A stretch of 64,000 nucleotides of DNA from Pirellulales bacterium (GTDB lineage Bacteria > Planctomycetota > Planctomycetia > Pirellulales > JADZDJ01). The stretch covers positions 32,778 to 96,777 of the forward strand of contig DASRSD010000158.1 in NCBI GenBank assembly GCA_035656635.1, in the 5' to 3' direction. This document shows, in pieces, positions 28,744-38,528 of this stretch. Made by a program: the position numbers and the translations under genes. The notes below the pieces were generated by a model that saw only the letters and a program-made list of their open reading frames with translations, had not been told where the DNA came from and ran no database searches. Position 1 is the first letter of the stretch, and each line of letters starts with the position of its first letter.

Positions 28744-30144
28744 ATGCAACCCAGCACCCGTCTGCCAACAAAATCCATCGAATTCTCCTGGTTGCCGCGA
28801 TACTTTCGGCCTGCGCCTCCAGCGGCGCCAATCACGAACCCTACGGTAGTCCGTGAACAATATGCATACTTTCGGCCGCGCATCCTATTTTGGACGACAA
28901 TCGGCTATGGAACGTTTTACTTCGTCCGTAAGAACTATTCGTTTTGCATGCCGCTTTTGGAAAAACAGCTGGGCTTGTCGAAAACAAACCTGGGATTGAT
29001 TCTGACCCTGCACAGCGTTTTGTACGGTGTTTCCAAATTTGCCAACGGAATTGTTGGCGACCGTGCCGATGGGCGCAAGTTAATGGCCTTCGGATTGGCG
29101 ACGTCGGCGGTGGTAAATGTGTTTTTCGGATTGAGCACGGCACTGCCGGCTTTGATCGTGTTTTGGATGATCAATGGTTGGTTTCAGGGAATGGGTTACC
29201 CACCCTGCGCTCGATTGCTGGCCCATTGGTTTTCGCCACAGGAATTGGCGATAAAAATGTCGTTTTGGAACGCCTCGCATTCGCTGGGCGGCGCTGGCAT
29301 TTTGATTTTGTGCAGTTATTTGGTCTTTTGGACGGGAAGTGGGCCGGACGAACCGGGCGATTGGCGGATTTGTTTTTTTGTTCCCGCCGGAATTGCTTTA
29401 GCGGTTGCCGGTGCACTTTGGCTGTGGCTGCGCGATACGCCAGAATCGATCGGCTTGCCCGAGCTACCTGGAACACACGTGGTTGCCAAGTCACCAGAAT
29501 ATGATCAGCCGCCGCAAGAATTTCGGGCATTTCTTTGGGAGCGAGTCTTTTCCGACAAATATATTTGGATTGTGTCCGCCGCAAATTTTTTTGTGTATGT
29601 GCTGCGCTATGGAATTTTTGACTGGGGCACCACCATGCTGAAGGAAACAAAAGGCATCGATATTAAAGATGGCGCTCGAATGCTTGCCTTTTTTGAGTTT
29701 GCAGGCTTAGGCGGAATGATTCTTACCGGATGGCTAACGGACCGCGTATGTGGTGGCCGTGCGGCGCCGATTTGCGTGGTATGCATGTTGTTGGCGGGCT
29801 TGACCATGTTCTTGTTTTGGCAAACACCGCCACATCATATGTGGCTGAGCACGGCTTTATTAATGGCCGCCGGTTTTTTCATCTATGGCCCACAAGCGCT
29901 GGCCGCTGTAATCGTCGTTAAGCTGGCGACCAAGCGTGCCGCAGCCACGGCCGTTGGTCTGACCAGCATTTTTGGCTACGCCAGCACCGTGCTTTCCGGT
30001 TGGGGAATGGGTGCGCTGGTGCAACATTTGAATTGGAACTGGGCGTTCGGCGAGCTGATTGCATTTGCCGTGATTGGCGCTATTTTGTTTGCCGCTGCGC
30101 TGCCGGCGAATGTGGAAAACTATTCGCAGCCGGTTCCCAAGTGA
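28744..30144 (+). CDS. MFS organophosphate:phosphate antiporter (GlpT/UhpC family)
   Basis: FRPAPPAAPI...YAYFRPRILFWTTIGYGTFYFVRKNYS resembles the GlpT N-terminus, and the protein is a 12-TM MFS. Start trimmed to the ATG at 28744. Confidence 0.85.
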   Translation: MQPSTRLPTKSIEFSWLPRYFRPAPPAAPITNPTVVREQYAYFRPRILFWTTIGYGTFYFVRKNYSFCMPLLEKQLGLSKTNLGLILTLHSVLYGVSKFANGIVGDRADGRKLMAFGLATSAVVNVFFGLSTALPALIVFWMINGWFQGMGYPPCARLLAHWFSPQELAIKMSFWNASHSLGGAGILILCSYLVFWTGSGPDEPGDWRICFFVPAGIALAVAGALWLWLRDTPESIGLPELPGTHVVAKSPEYDQPPQEFRAFLWERVFSDKYIWIVSAANFFVYVLRYGIFDWGTTMLKETKGIDIKDGARMLAFFEFAGLGGMILTGWLTDRVCGGRAAPICVVCMLLAGLTMFLFWQTPPHHMWLSTALLMAAGFFIYGPQALAAVIVVKLATKRAAATAVGLTSIFGYASTVLSGWGMGALVQHLNWNWAFGELIAFAVIGAILFAAALPANVENYSQPVPK

Positions 30145-30200
30145 GTATGCGGCCGTCGAGCTACGCCAGAGAGCCGGGCTACGCCAGCGAGAAGTGCCAA

Positions 30201-30554
30201 CTAAAACGCCGCGATGGCGTCGGTTTCGTCATCTTTGATGTCGAACAGCTTGTTGAGCTTCGTGATGGCGAACACTTCGTAAATTTCCGGCCGAATGTTG
30301 CTGAGCTTGAGCCTGCCGCCGTTGGCTTTCACTTTTTTGTCCAGCGTAATTAGCTTGCCCAGCGCGGCACTGGAGAGAAATTCCACGTTGAAGAAGTTGA
30401 GCAGCAGGTTTTTGCGCTTTTCTATCTCGACCAGCTTAAACAGCTCCACGCCCAGCTCTTGAATGTTGGCTTCGTCCAAGATCTTGCGATCGACGAAGCG
30501 GACCACGGTCACTTCGCCTTTCTGCGTAACGTCAATACGTCGATTACCGGCCAT
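30201..30554 (-). CDS. STAS-domain anti-sigma-factor antagonist
   Basis: 117 aa with VTVVRFVDRKILDEANIQELG...LLLNFFNVEFLSSAALGKLITL...IYEVFAITKL, typical of the SpoIIAA/RsbV family. Confidence 0.8.
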   Translation of the reverse strand: MAGNRRIDVTQKGEVTVVRFVDRKILDEANIQELGVELFKLVEIEKRKNLLLNFFNVEFLSSAALGKLITLDKKVKANGGRLKLSNIRPEIYEVFAITKLNKLFDIKDDETDAIAAF

Positions 30555-30962
30555 GGGGAAACCCTCGAGAAAATCAGGCCGCTCAAAGTGGGCAGACCAC
30601 CCACCATGCGTAGAAACGTAATCATATTCGCCCGGGTGCCAGTGTCAATGGTTGCTATGTGCGGCTCGTGCGGCAAATGCGCTGGCTAAACCCGCCATTC
30701 ACGCCACTCACGGGCCTAAGGGCGCGATGCGTCTGAGTAACATCCTGTTTCGTCGAAGCAACATCGTGTCATTGGCAGATGGCCAGCGCGTTGACGCTGC
30801 AAGAGTGCAACTATGCTGGCCAACAAAGTTTAGGCGAAATGCCCCGCCAGCGGCCTGTTTTGGGTATCGACTTTGCCTAGGCTATGCAGCACGTTCGCTG
30901 CTCCATCAGGAGCGTTTGTTCGTACCCTCCGATTCAAGCTGCAAGCCAAGTGGCCGGGGCCA

Positions 30963-31907
30963 ATGTTTGTGGGCTTTCAACGAATTTGCTCGTATCGATT
31001 ATGCCGCCTGGCACAGTCTGCTGCTTGGCTGGGTAGCGGCGCTTTTGCGTTCCTGCTTTCCCAGGCTGCTGTAGCGACATTCGCCGGCGAGCCAATTGCC
31101 GTAGCGGTTCATAGCGGCAGAATTTTTACCGGCGAAGTGGATTCACGCACCGACGGCTCGCAACTTTGGCTGCGATATTCGGAACCGGGTCTAACACTTT
31201 ACCGGCCGATTGATTGGGACAACATTGTGCTGGCCCAGCGCGGCGACCGGCAATTATCGGCCGTGGAATTAAAGTCGCAAATCGATGAATTGAAGTCGCC
31301 TGACGAAAGTCAAGATTTGGCTGCGGCGACCCCTGCACTCCCCCCTGCCACTACCGAAGAAGTGCCGCATCCGCGGCCTATTCCCTGGCAACCCGACACT
31401 CGACTATCGGAATATATTCAAGCGGCGCGGGAAAACAATACGCAGGTTAATTCGGTTTCCATCGACGCCCATCTGGCGCAATGGAGTCGCACGGTGCAAT
31501 CCAACGGGATCATTTTGCACGTCTTCCCGTTGGATGCCTACGGCCACATGGTGTCTGTCGATGCCACTTTGGATGTGGAATTGATTGCCCAAACGCCGCC
31601 AGGCTTGCATGGAGGGCAATCGCTGCCGCGCATTGACCACTGGACCGTACGGATTACGCCCGATCAGTTTGGGCCCTCCGGAGCCGTCGTCAAGCTGCCG
31701 TTCCAAAGCGTGCAGCCGGAATTCGATTTGAACTATGGCCCCTACGGGTTAGTTCACGCCACGCTCAACGTTCCGGGAGCGGGCTCATTCGAAACGAGCC
31801 AAGCCATGACGCGGATTCGACAGTACAGCGAGGTGCGGGACGAGCAGCAGCAACGGACCGGCTACCGCTACTTCGATGTCGAACGAGTTGACCGCTGGGC
31901 GCCGTGA
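30963..31907 (+). CDS. hypothetical secreted protein
   Basis: Trimmed to the Met preceding the signal-like AWLGSGAFAFLLSQAAVATFA. No family recognised. Confidence 0.5.
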   Translation: MFVGFQRICSYRLCRLAQSAAWLGSGAFAFLLSQAAVATFAGEPIAVAVHSGRIFTGEVDSRTDGSQLWLRYSEPGLTLYRPIDWDNIVLAQRGDRQLSAVELKSQIDELKSPDESQDLAAATPALPPATTEEVPHPRPIPWQPDTRLSEYIQAARENNTQVNSVSIDAHLAQWSRTVQSNGIILHVFPLDAYGHMVSVDATLDVELIAQTPPGLHGGQSLPRIDHWTVRITPDQFGPSGAVVKLPFQSVQPEFDLNYGPYGLVHATLNVPGAGSFETSQAMTRIRQYSEVRDEQQQRTGYRYFDVERVDRWAP

Positions 31908-32014
31908 AAATAGTAGGTGTACAGCAGGATGCAAAAAAGCGTGGTCATTTCAGATTCCCTTCTGATATTAAAGTAATTGCCCTTCTTGATTCGCTCTTTG
32001 CAAGTTCGGCGTTG

Positions 32015-32290
32015 CTATCCGCCCGGTTTTTTCATCGCCAGGCTGTGCAAAATGCAAACGGCGCCACTCGAAACCAATGCCCAACCAAGCCATTGTGGTG
32101 GCTGAATCACCTTGTGGACGGCCGAACCCGGCAATACCGCCATCATGCCCGATGGAGCCGATGCCATGTGGGTAGCTAAGAACTGGGTGGTTTTTTCGTT
32201 CAACGTGGCCGATTCCACCAGCCGAAACTGAATGCCCAAAAGCACCAGCAACACGCCGATCATGAAAAACTGATTGCGATTGAATTCCAT
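32015..32290 (-). CDS. small hypothetical membrane protein
   Basis: 91 aa with two predicted TM helices (FFMIGVLLVLLGIQF and WLGWALVSSGAVCILHSL). It competes with a longer overlapping ORF in another frame. Confidence 0.4.
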   Translation of the reverse strand: MEFNRNQFFMIGVLLVLLGIQFRLVESATLNEKTTQFLATHMASAPSGMMAVLPGSAVHKVIQPPQWLGWALVSSGAVCILHSLAMKKPGG

Positions 32291-32674
32291 TGGCGCTCGG
32301 TGACCCTTGATAATCCTGTTTGGAGGATGCGGTCTTTAGCCGTTCATCCCGTGGTATCGAATGGCGGCTGCTAGCGTCTTTATCTACCCGGCAAAGTTGA
32401 CGCCTGTTGCGAAATTGCCGCTGGCAGCGGCGGTGAGGAATGCACGGTGCGGCAACGATCCGGCGATCTTCTGCTGAAAGTGGAAGCGAGTCTTCCAACC
32501 GATCTTGTCGCAACGACCCGTTTTCGCTACAAGCCTTGGCCCGGAGCAGTTTTTTGCTGCCGGAGTCTGTTCCCAGGTGTTGGAAGGTTCCTTGCAGCCA
32601 TGCGGAACAGTCTGTTGGCGCCCCTTTTCTATTCGCATTCGCGATTTATTAGCCCTACATTCAGGAGAGTTCCG

Positions 32675-33952
32675 ATGCGCTTTTCCAGCGTCATCGCTTT
32701 TATGGTTTGCGCCGGCTGGCTGGCGCTGGGTTCCGTCGATAGCGTCTCACGCCAGGCATTCGCAGCGGACCAGCTTCCCTTTACCGCCTACGCCAATTCC
32801 AACGACGTGTATGTTCGCAGCGGACCGGGAAAAAACTACTACCCTACCGATAAATTGCCCCAAGGCACGGCCGTGGAGGTTTATCGCCAAGATCCGGGCG
32901 GCTGGTACGCCATTCGCCCGCCGCAGGGAAGTTTTAGTTGGGTGCCGGCCGATGCCGTCAAGCCACTGGGCGAGCATCTGGCGGTGGTGGAAAAAGATCA
33001 CGCCATGTGCTTCGTCGGCACGCGATTTAGCAATGCGCGCGATGTCCATCAGGTGCGATTGGACAAAGGGGAACAAGTAGAAATTCTCGACATCAAACAA
33101 CTGGGCGACGGGCCCGATGCTCAAACCTGGTGCGAAATTGCGCCTCCTTCGGGCGAATTCCGCTGGGTGTTTAGCAAATTCCTCGATCGTGATCCACCCT
33201 CCGGCCTGTCTCATGCAATTGCCGACGACAGCCATGCCGCACGGCAGCATGCGGAGCTAATGGGCGATGTCCCTGCTGCATCACCAACCGAGTGGACAAC
33301 CAAAGGAAGCGGCGCGGTGGCCACTTCGGCATCAGCGGCGGCCGGCGGCATAGCCAAGCACGAATCCGATTGGCGGGCCACCAAGGGCGCAACTGACGAC
33401 AAATCGGCGCCGGCGGTTGATCCCTTTCAGGCGGAACTAAACGCGATTGATTTGCAGGTTTCGCAAATCGTGGTTGATGACCCGGCAACGTGGGAATTCA
33501 CGGCGTTGCGTCGCCGCACTGAAGCGCTTCTGCCCAGTGCAGATACCGCCTTGGAGCGCGGCCGCGTGCGATTGGTGCTTAACCGCATTGCCCGGTTTGA
33601 AGACGTGAAGCACCGTCAGGATTTGCTCGGCGATCCCGGAAGTGCCACGGCCAGTGCGCTGGCCAGCCATCGGCCATCGGTCTTGCCAACAGACGATCCG
33701 GATCGGTTCGACAGCGTCGGGAAACTCACTCCAGTAATTTCACAGCGACCAAATGCCCCGGCTTACGCGCTGGTCGATCCGTCGAACCAAGTGGTTTCGT
33801 TCATTTCGCCGGCCCCAGGAGTCAATTTGCAGCCCTACGTCGGCAAGGAAGTGGGCATCAGCGGCCAGCGCGGCTTCATGCCGGAACTACAAAAACCGCA
33901 CGTAACGGCCATGCACGTGAACATTCTCGACGACGGTCCAATTCTGCGGTGA
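32675..33952 (+). CDS. secreted SH3b-domain protein
   Basis: Trimmed to MRFSSVIAFMVCAGWLALG, with AGGAGAG upstream. It contains two SH3b-like units (VYVRSGPGKNYYPTDKLPQGTAVEVY...GWYAI). Confidence 0.6.
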   Translation: MRFSSVIAFMVCAGWLALGSVDSVSRQAFAADQLPFTAYANSNDVYVRSGPGKNYYPTDKLPQGTAVEVYRQDPGGWYAIRPPQGSFSWVPADAVKPLGEHLAVVEKDHAMCFVGTRFSNARDVHQVRLDKGEQVEILDIKQLGDGPDAQTWCEIAPPSGEFRWVFSKFLDRDPPSGLSHAIADDSHAARQHAELMGDVPAASPTEWTTKGSGAVATSASAAAGGIAKHESDWRATKGATDDKSAPAVDPFQAELNAIDLQVSQIVVDDPATWEFTALRRRTEALLPSADTALERGRVRLVLNRIARFEDVKHRQDLLGDPGSATASALASHRPSVLPTDDPDRFDSVGKLTPVISQRPNAPAYALVDPSNQVVSFISPAPGVNLQPYVGKEVGISGQRGFMPELQKPHVTAMHVNILDDGPILR

Positions 33953-34096
33953 ACGAATAGGCCGTCGTGACCAACGGCGGCTCGAACGTTTCTGGCGAAC
34001 GTGTAGCGACAATCGCCGAATGCTCACAGCATCCGGACCGGACGGCGTGGCCGTCCGGCTGTTCTTAACGCGCCACATTGAACTGTGGATCGCTAT

Positions 34097-34190
34097 AGTG
34101 CGGTTGAGAGGATTTGAACCAGCAACCGAGCACATCCGACAGGCGTCGGAGGAGCGCAGGGCGGTAGCTAGAGCCAACTGTGCGACAACC
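34097..34190 (-). pseudogene. degenerate tRNA-Leu-like copy (24-nt exact duplicate of the tRNA-Leu 3' end plus diverged body)
   Basis: agtgcggttgagaggatttgaacc occurs at 34097-34120 and again at 34191-34214. The 70 nt between them keep GGTTGT and AGTTGGC-like pieces, but the T-stem and acceptor stem no longer pair. Confidence 0.4.
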
Positions 34191-34192
34191 AG

Positions 34193-34276
34193 TGCGGTTG
34201 AGAGGATTTGAACCTCCACGACCTTGCGGCCACAAGCTCCTGAGGCTTGCGCGTCTGCCAGTTCCGCCACAACCGC
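34193..34276 (-). tRNA. tRNA-Leu (anticodon CAG), type II with long variable arm
   Basis: The minus strand reads GCGGTTG...CAAGC-CTCAGGA-GCTTG...GGTTCAAATCC...CAACCGC-A. The acceptor stem has 7 bp. CCA is not encoded. Confidence 0.9.
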
Positions 34277-34523
34277 TGATTCTGTTTGGCGAGCGTTCAA
34301 TCTAGGGCTAAATGTAGCGGCCTTCAAGGCCGGCGAATTCCTGTAACATCGGTCCAGGCAGGCGATTTCCCGCCGTTTATGCCGGATATGCGGCCCGTGC
34401 AAGTCTCCCTGCATCTGGGCAGCATGCCAATCTAAGGTAAGCGTGCGCAAACAGAAGTTATAATTCTCAGTCACCAACTACGAATTGCGCTTTCGTCATA
34501 ACTTGCATTTTCGGTCGCCGGCC

Positions 34524-35147
34524 ATGGCTTACCTTGCACCCCATGTTTTCGAAAGCAAATTCACTTGCCCTCATTGTGATACGGTAGCGAAGCAAAATTG
34601 GCAGGCGCGAACCGAAGATTTCTCGCAATTTGAATCGCCCGAGCATAATGCGATTCGCGTCGCCACCTGCGAGCAGTGCAATCACTATTCACTATGGCAT
34701 GCGGACGTAATGGTTTACCCCAATCATGGCGCCGCGCCCCCCTCCAATCCCGACATGCCCTTGGAGGTGAAGCAATACTATGCCGAAGCGGCGACCATCG
34801 CTCTGAAATCGCCGCGCTCGGCAGCGGCGCTGTTGCGGCTGGCTATTCAACTATTGTGTGCAGAACTCGGCGAAGACGGGCAGAACCTGGAATTCAGCGT
34901 TATGTCCTTGGTGCGTCGCGGCTTGCCTATCACAATTCAGCAAGCCCTGGATGTAATGCACGTGATCGGCCCCGACGCAGTTCGGCCAGGGTTCATTGAC
35001 ACGGACGGCGAGCACGTTGTTTTTCGACTGTTTGATTTATTGAATTTGATGGTCGAATACATGGTGACGCTGCCCAATCGCGTCGACACGCTCAACAATC
35101 GGCTGGCGTGCGAAACGTTGGAACTAATTCAGCAGCGCGGCACGTAA
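34524..35147 (+). CDS. DUF4145-like protein with N-terminal zinc ribbon
   Basis: CPHCDTV...CEQCNHY zinc ribbon, then YYAEAATIALKSPRSAAALLRLAIQLLCAELG...ALDVMHVIGPDAVRPG, resembling DUF4145. Start trimmed to the ATG at 34524. Confidence 0.6.
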   Translation: MAYLAPHVFESKFTCPHCDTVAKQNWQARTEDFSQFESPEHNAIRVATCEQCNHYSLWHADVMVYPNHGAAPPSNPDMPLEVKQYYAEAATIALKSPRSAAALLRLAIQLLCAELGEDGQNLEFSVMSLVRRGLPITIQQALDVMHVIGPDAVRPGFIDTDGEHVVFRLFDLLNLMVEYMVTLPNRVDTLNNRLACETLELIQQRGT

Positions 35148-35193
35148 GCAGCCAGCTTCGGCAAACATCCGCCGCATTTCTCGCCAGCTCTAG

Positions 35194-35538
35194 TTAGTAG
35201 CGCGGCACGCCCGGATCAATTTCTTGCGACCACTGGTCGATGCCACCGGCCAGGCTTTGGACTTGTAAGAAGCCTTGGCCGCGCAGCCAGCGTGCCACGC
35301 GCATGCTGCGGCCGCCATGATGGCAATACACCACCACTTGCCGCTGCCGATGCGGCTCAAGTTCGTGCAGGCGCTCGGAAATTTCGCTCATCGGCATGAA
35401 CTGCGACGGGGTAATTTTGGCCGTGGCATATTCGTCCGCCTCGCGGCAATCGAGCAGCAAAAAATCTTCGCCGGCGTTCATTTTTTGCTGCACGCTGCGG
35501 CAATCGATTTCCAGCGGCAGGCTTGGTTCACTGTTCAT
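35194..35538 (-). CDS. rhodanese-domain sulfurtransferase
   Basis: FLLLDCREADEY plus the active-site loop VVYCHHGGRSMRVA. Start trimmed to MNSEPS. Confidence 0.8.
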   Translation of the reverse strand: MNSEPSLPLEIDCRSVQQKMNAGEDFLLLDCREADEYATAKITPSQFMPMSEISERLHELEPHRQRQVVVYCHHGGRSMRVARWLRGQGFLQVQSLAGGIDQWSQEIDPGVPRY

Positions 35539-35561
35539 GGTGTCGTATCGTTGTAGATCTA

Positions 35562-36059
35562 TTATGGGTTGCGCTGTAACCAATCGGCCAGGCCTCGTTC
35601 TCCGCGGCGCATGACGTAATTGTGGTTCGCAGCGAATAGCCACTTCAAGAGCGGCGACAAGCGATTCAGCCAACGCCCCTGCGTGGCCACGTTCCAATGC
35701 AGCGTCACTTCCGTTCCGGCGGTTTTCCCGGCGGCGGAGCCCGGCGGCGTGTTGGGCGTAATTTCTTTCAACACAAACTGCCCGTCCCCGACCAAATCGC
35801 CTTCCGCATTATATGCCAAATCGTGCGGCGGCTCGGAGCGCGTAATGGTCGTCGTGTAATGCAACGAATAGGGAAGAAAGCCCCGCACCGCTCGCTTGCC
35901 GCAGGCTCCCACGCCACGCGGATTCTCAGGCGTAAGGCACTGATAATACGACACGTTGGGCCACCACAGCGGGTAGTCTTCCGCTGCATTCAAGGCTTTC
36001 CACACCTGGCCGATCGGCTCGGAAAATCGCCAAATGGTTACAAAGCGATATGCAGCCAT
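35562..36059 (-). CDS. SRPBCC-family (polyketide cyclase/dehydrase-like) protein
   Basis: 165 aa. The pattern IGQVWKALNAAEDYPLWWPNV is typical of the START/SRPBCC fold. Confidence 0.7.
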   Translation of the reverse strand: MAAYRFVTIWRFSEPIGQVWKALNAAEDYPLWWPNVSYYQCLTPENPRGVGACGKRAVRGFLPYSLHYTTTITRSEPPHDLAYNAEGDLVGDGQFVLKEITPNTPPGSAAGKTAGTEVTLHWNVATQGRWLNRLSPLLKWLFAANHNYVMRRGERGLADWLQRNP

Positions 36060-36215
36060 AATCGGTTATTCCAGGAAGGCGGAAATTGCAGTCCGCATAA
36101 TTGCGCTGCCTGGCAAAGTGGTGAAGGTAGTTCCCAGCAGACGACGAGGTTACGATTGACGGAACATTTCGGCAAGACGAATGTGCGCGATCCACCGCTA
36201 CCCTAATCATCCCCG

Positions 36216-38492
36216 ATGCAACCGCTGCCGTTGAAACATGCCCGTCGCCGCTTGCAAGCGTTTCGGGATGACAATGGAGTCCCGCACATTACCGCCGGCT
36301 CCTGGCGGGCCGCGCTATATGGACTCGGCTACATGCACGGGCTCGATCGGCCCACGCAAATGCTATTTGCCCGAGCATTGGCCAGCGGCCATTCCGCCGA
36401 GCTCATTGCCGATAAGCCGGAGCTATTGGAAACCGACCGGTTTTTTCGCCGCGTCGGTTTGCACTTGCTGCTGGAAGACGAAGTGCGGCGGTTAGACGAC
36501 CGCTCCTTCGGCGACATCACCGCCTATTGCGAAGGGGTGAACGACGGCCTGCACGAATCGGGCCGATCGCTGCCAATGTGGGCCACGGGGTTTCATCCAC
36601 AACCGTGGAATCAGCAGGCGGTGCTGTTGATCGGCAACTTATTGAGCTACGGCGGATTAGCCGTCGGCCAGCAACAAAACGAGCGGCTGCTCGTGGAGCT
36701 AATTCAAACCGGCATTGACGACACCCGCTTGCGCGAACTTTTTTATCCGCAACTGGAACGGGTGAATTTAGAACTGCTGCGGCGCGTGCGAATTTCCAGC
36801 CAGCTTTCCGACGAAGCCATCGAGCTCATCACCGATCTGCCGCGGCTGGCCGGCAGCAATGCCTGGGCGGTTTCGCCGGCGCGAAGCGCAACGGGGCAGG
36901 CCCTGCTGGCCTCCGATCCGCACTTGGAAATCAATCGGCTGCCGGCCATTTGGTACGAGGCCGTGCTGCGCTGGAACGACGAATACGTGCTCGGCGCCAC
37001 ATTGCCGGGTTGTCCCTTATTCGGCGTCGGCCGCACCGAAAAGTTAGCCTGGGGCGTCACGTACATGAAGGGAGACGCCATCGATTTTTTCATTGAAGAT
37101 TGCCGCCCCGGAGGCGCTACCGGTTGGCAATATCGCCGGGGCCAGCAGTGGTGCGATTTTCAATTGCGCAACGAAATCATTCAGCGCAAATCGGGGTCCC
37201 CGGAAACATTTCGCGTGCTGTTTAATCCCCAGGGCATTTTGGAAAGTGATCCCAGCGGCGCAGGGGCCGGCTATTACTTGTCGTTCAGCTGGATCGGCAG
37301 CTCCGCGGGGGCATCGCGCTCGATTGCCACCTGGCTAGATATTATCGGTTGCCGCTCGGTCGCCGACGCCATGGAAGTGGCCCGAGAGTGCCCCCAACCC
37401 ACGTTGTGCTGGGTGCTGGCAGACAAGCTCGGGCACATCGGCCTGCAAGGCGGCGGCTGGTTACCCAAGCGAAATCCCGCCAATAGTGGTTTGCTGCCGG
37501 TGCCGGCGTGGGACGAAGCCAATCACTGGCGGGGCCGATTGGAAAGTTACTACTTGCCGCACATTTATGATCCGCCCGAGGGATTCATCGCCACCGCCAA
37601 CGAAAATCTTAACGCGCCAGGCGATCCGCCGCTGGTCAGCATGCCCGTGCCAGATTATCGCAAAAGGCGCCTTGTCGAGCGGCTGAGGGAATTGCCCCAG
37701 GCAACTTTGGCCGACATGCAAAAGCTGCAATACGATGTTACTAGCGTGCAAGCCCGAGAGCTGCTGGCGGTTTTTTTGCCGCACTTGCCCGAGGGCAAGC
37801 TCAAACAGCGGTTAGCCGCCTGGAACTGCAGCTACGATCCGGCGAGCTTGGGAGCAACTTTATTTGCCAAGCTATATCGCAATGTGCTGTTGGTGATTTT
37901 TGGCGAGGCGCCGCATCGAGAAGGAGGAGGCCTCGGCTGGCGGCGAATGTTGTATTTATCGTCCCGATTCGGTTATTCCACGATGGTGCTCACGTGCATC
38001 GACCGCTTACTGAAAGAAGAAAACTCCCGGTGGTGGACTGATCGCAGCAAAGGGGAAATGATTCGCCAGGCCGCCGAAAGACTGGCCAACGAGCCCGATG
38101 AGCCCTGGGGCGAATTCAATTCCTTCCACTTCGTCAACCGCTTTATTGGCGATCGGCGAATGGGGCGCTATCTCGGCTTTCACACCAAGCAAATGCCGAT
38201 GCCCGGCTGCCATGCCACGCCCTTCCAAGGTCACTTGCTGACCACCGCCAAGCGCGAAACTACCTTCGCCCCGTCGTATCACTTTGTGACCAACCTGGGC
38301 TCCGACGAGGCGTGGACCAATCTTCCCGGCGGGCCCAGCGAAAGCCGATTTTCTCCTTTTTACAAAAACGACATCGTCCGCTGGCAAACCGGTACGTACA
38401 AGCGTTTGGCGGCGGCAGACACGGCCCTAGGTGCAGAGGACAAGGAGCAGAAGCGAGAAAGCGAGCAGGACAAAACCGAGGGAGCAGCCTAA
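36216..38492 (+). CDS. penicillin acylase-family Ntn hydrolase (possible acyl-homoserine-lactone acylase)
   Basis: 758 aa with GVPHITA, the beta-chain nucleophile context AGSNAWAVSP and ASDPHLE. Confidence 0.85.
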   Translation: MQPLPLKHARRRLQAFRDDNGVPHITAGSWRAALYGLGYMHGLDRPTQMLFARALASGHSAELIADKPELLETDRFFRRVGLHLLLEDEVRRLDDRSFGDITAYCEGVNDGLHESGRSLPMWATGFHPQPWNQQAVLLIGNLLSYGGLAVGQQQNERLLVELIQTGIDDTRLRELFYPQLERVNLELLRRVRISSQLSDEAIELITDLPRLAGSNAWAVSPARSATGQALLASDPHLEINRLPAIWYEAVLRWNDEYVLGATLPGCPLFGVGRTEKLAWGVTYMKGDAIDFFIEDCRPGGATGWQYRRGQQWCDFQLRNEIIQRKSGSPETFRVLFNPQGILESDPSGAGAGYYLSFSWIGSSAGASRSIATWLDIIGCRSVADAMEVARECPQPTLCWVLADKLGHIGLQGGGWLPKRNPANSGLLPVPAWDEANHWRGRLESYYLPHIYDPPEGFIATANENLNAPGDPPLVSMPVPDYRKRRLVERLRELPQATLADMQKLQYDVTSVQARELLAVFLPHLPEGKLKQRLAAWNCSYDPASLGATLFAKLYRNVLLVIFGEAPHREGGGLGWRRMLYLSSRFGYSTMVLTCIDRLLKEENSRWWTDRSKGEMIRQAAERLANEPDEPWGEFNSFHFVNRFIGDRRMGRYLGFHTKQMPMPGCHATPFQGHLLTTAKRETTFAPSYHFVTNLGSDEAWTNLPGGPSESRFSPFYKNDIVRWQTGTYKRLAAADTALGAEDKEQKRESEQDKTEGAA

Positions 38493-38528
38493 CAGCGACG
38501 CAATTCGCAAAATTCTACGCCGAGCTGA

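Noticed and set aside
34097-34190. Possible second functional tRNA (or tRNA-Sec) next to tRNA-Leu
   Set aside because: The T-stem would have to pair GCTGG with CCTCT, and the acceptor 5' strand is missing. No TCA anticodon loop could be drawn. It is kept only as a pseudo-tRNA or repeat.
33887-34477. 196-aa minus-strand ORF spanning the tRNA-Leu region
   Set aside because: It runs straight through the tRNA-Leu gene and its duplicated 3' end. The translation is Arg/Ala-rich and has no recognisable domain.
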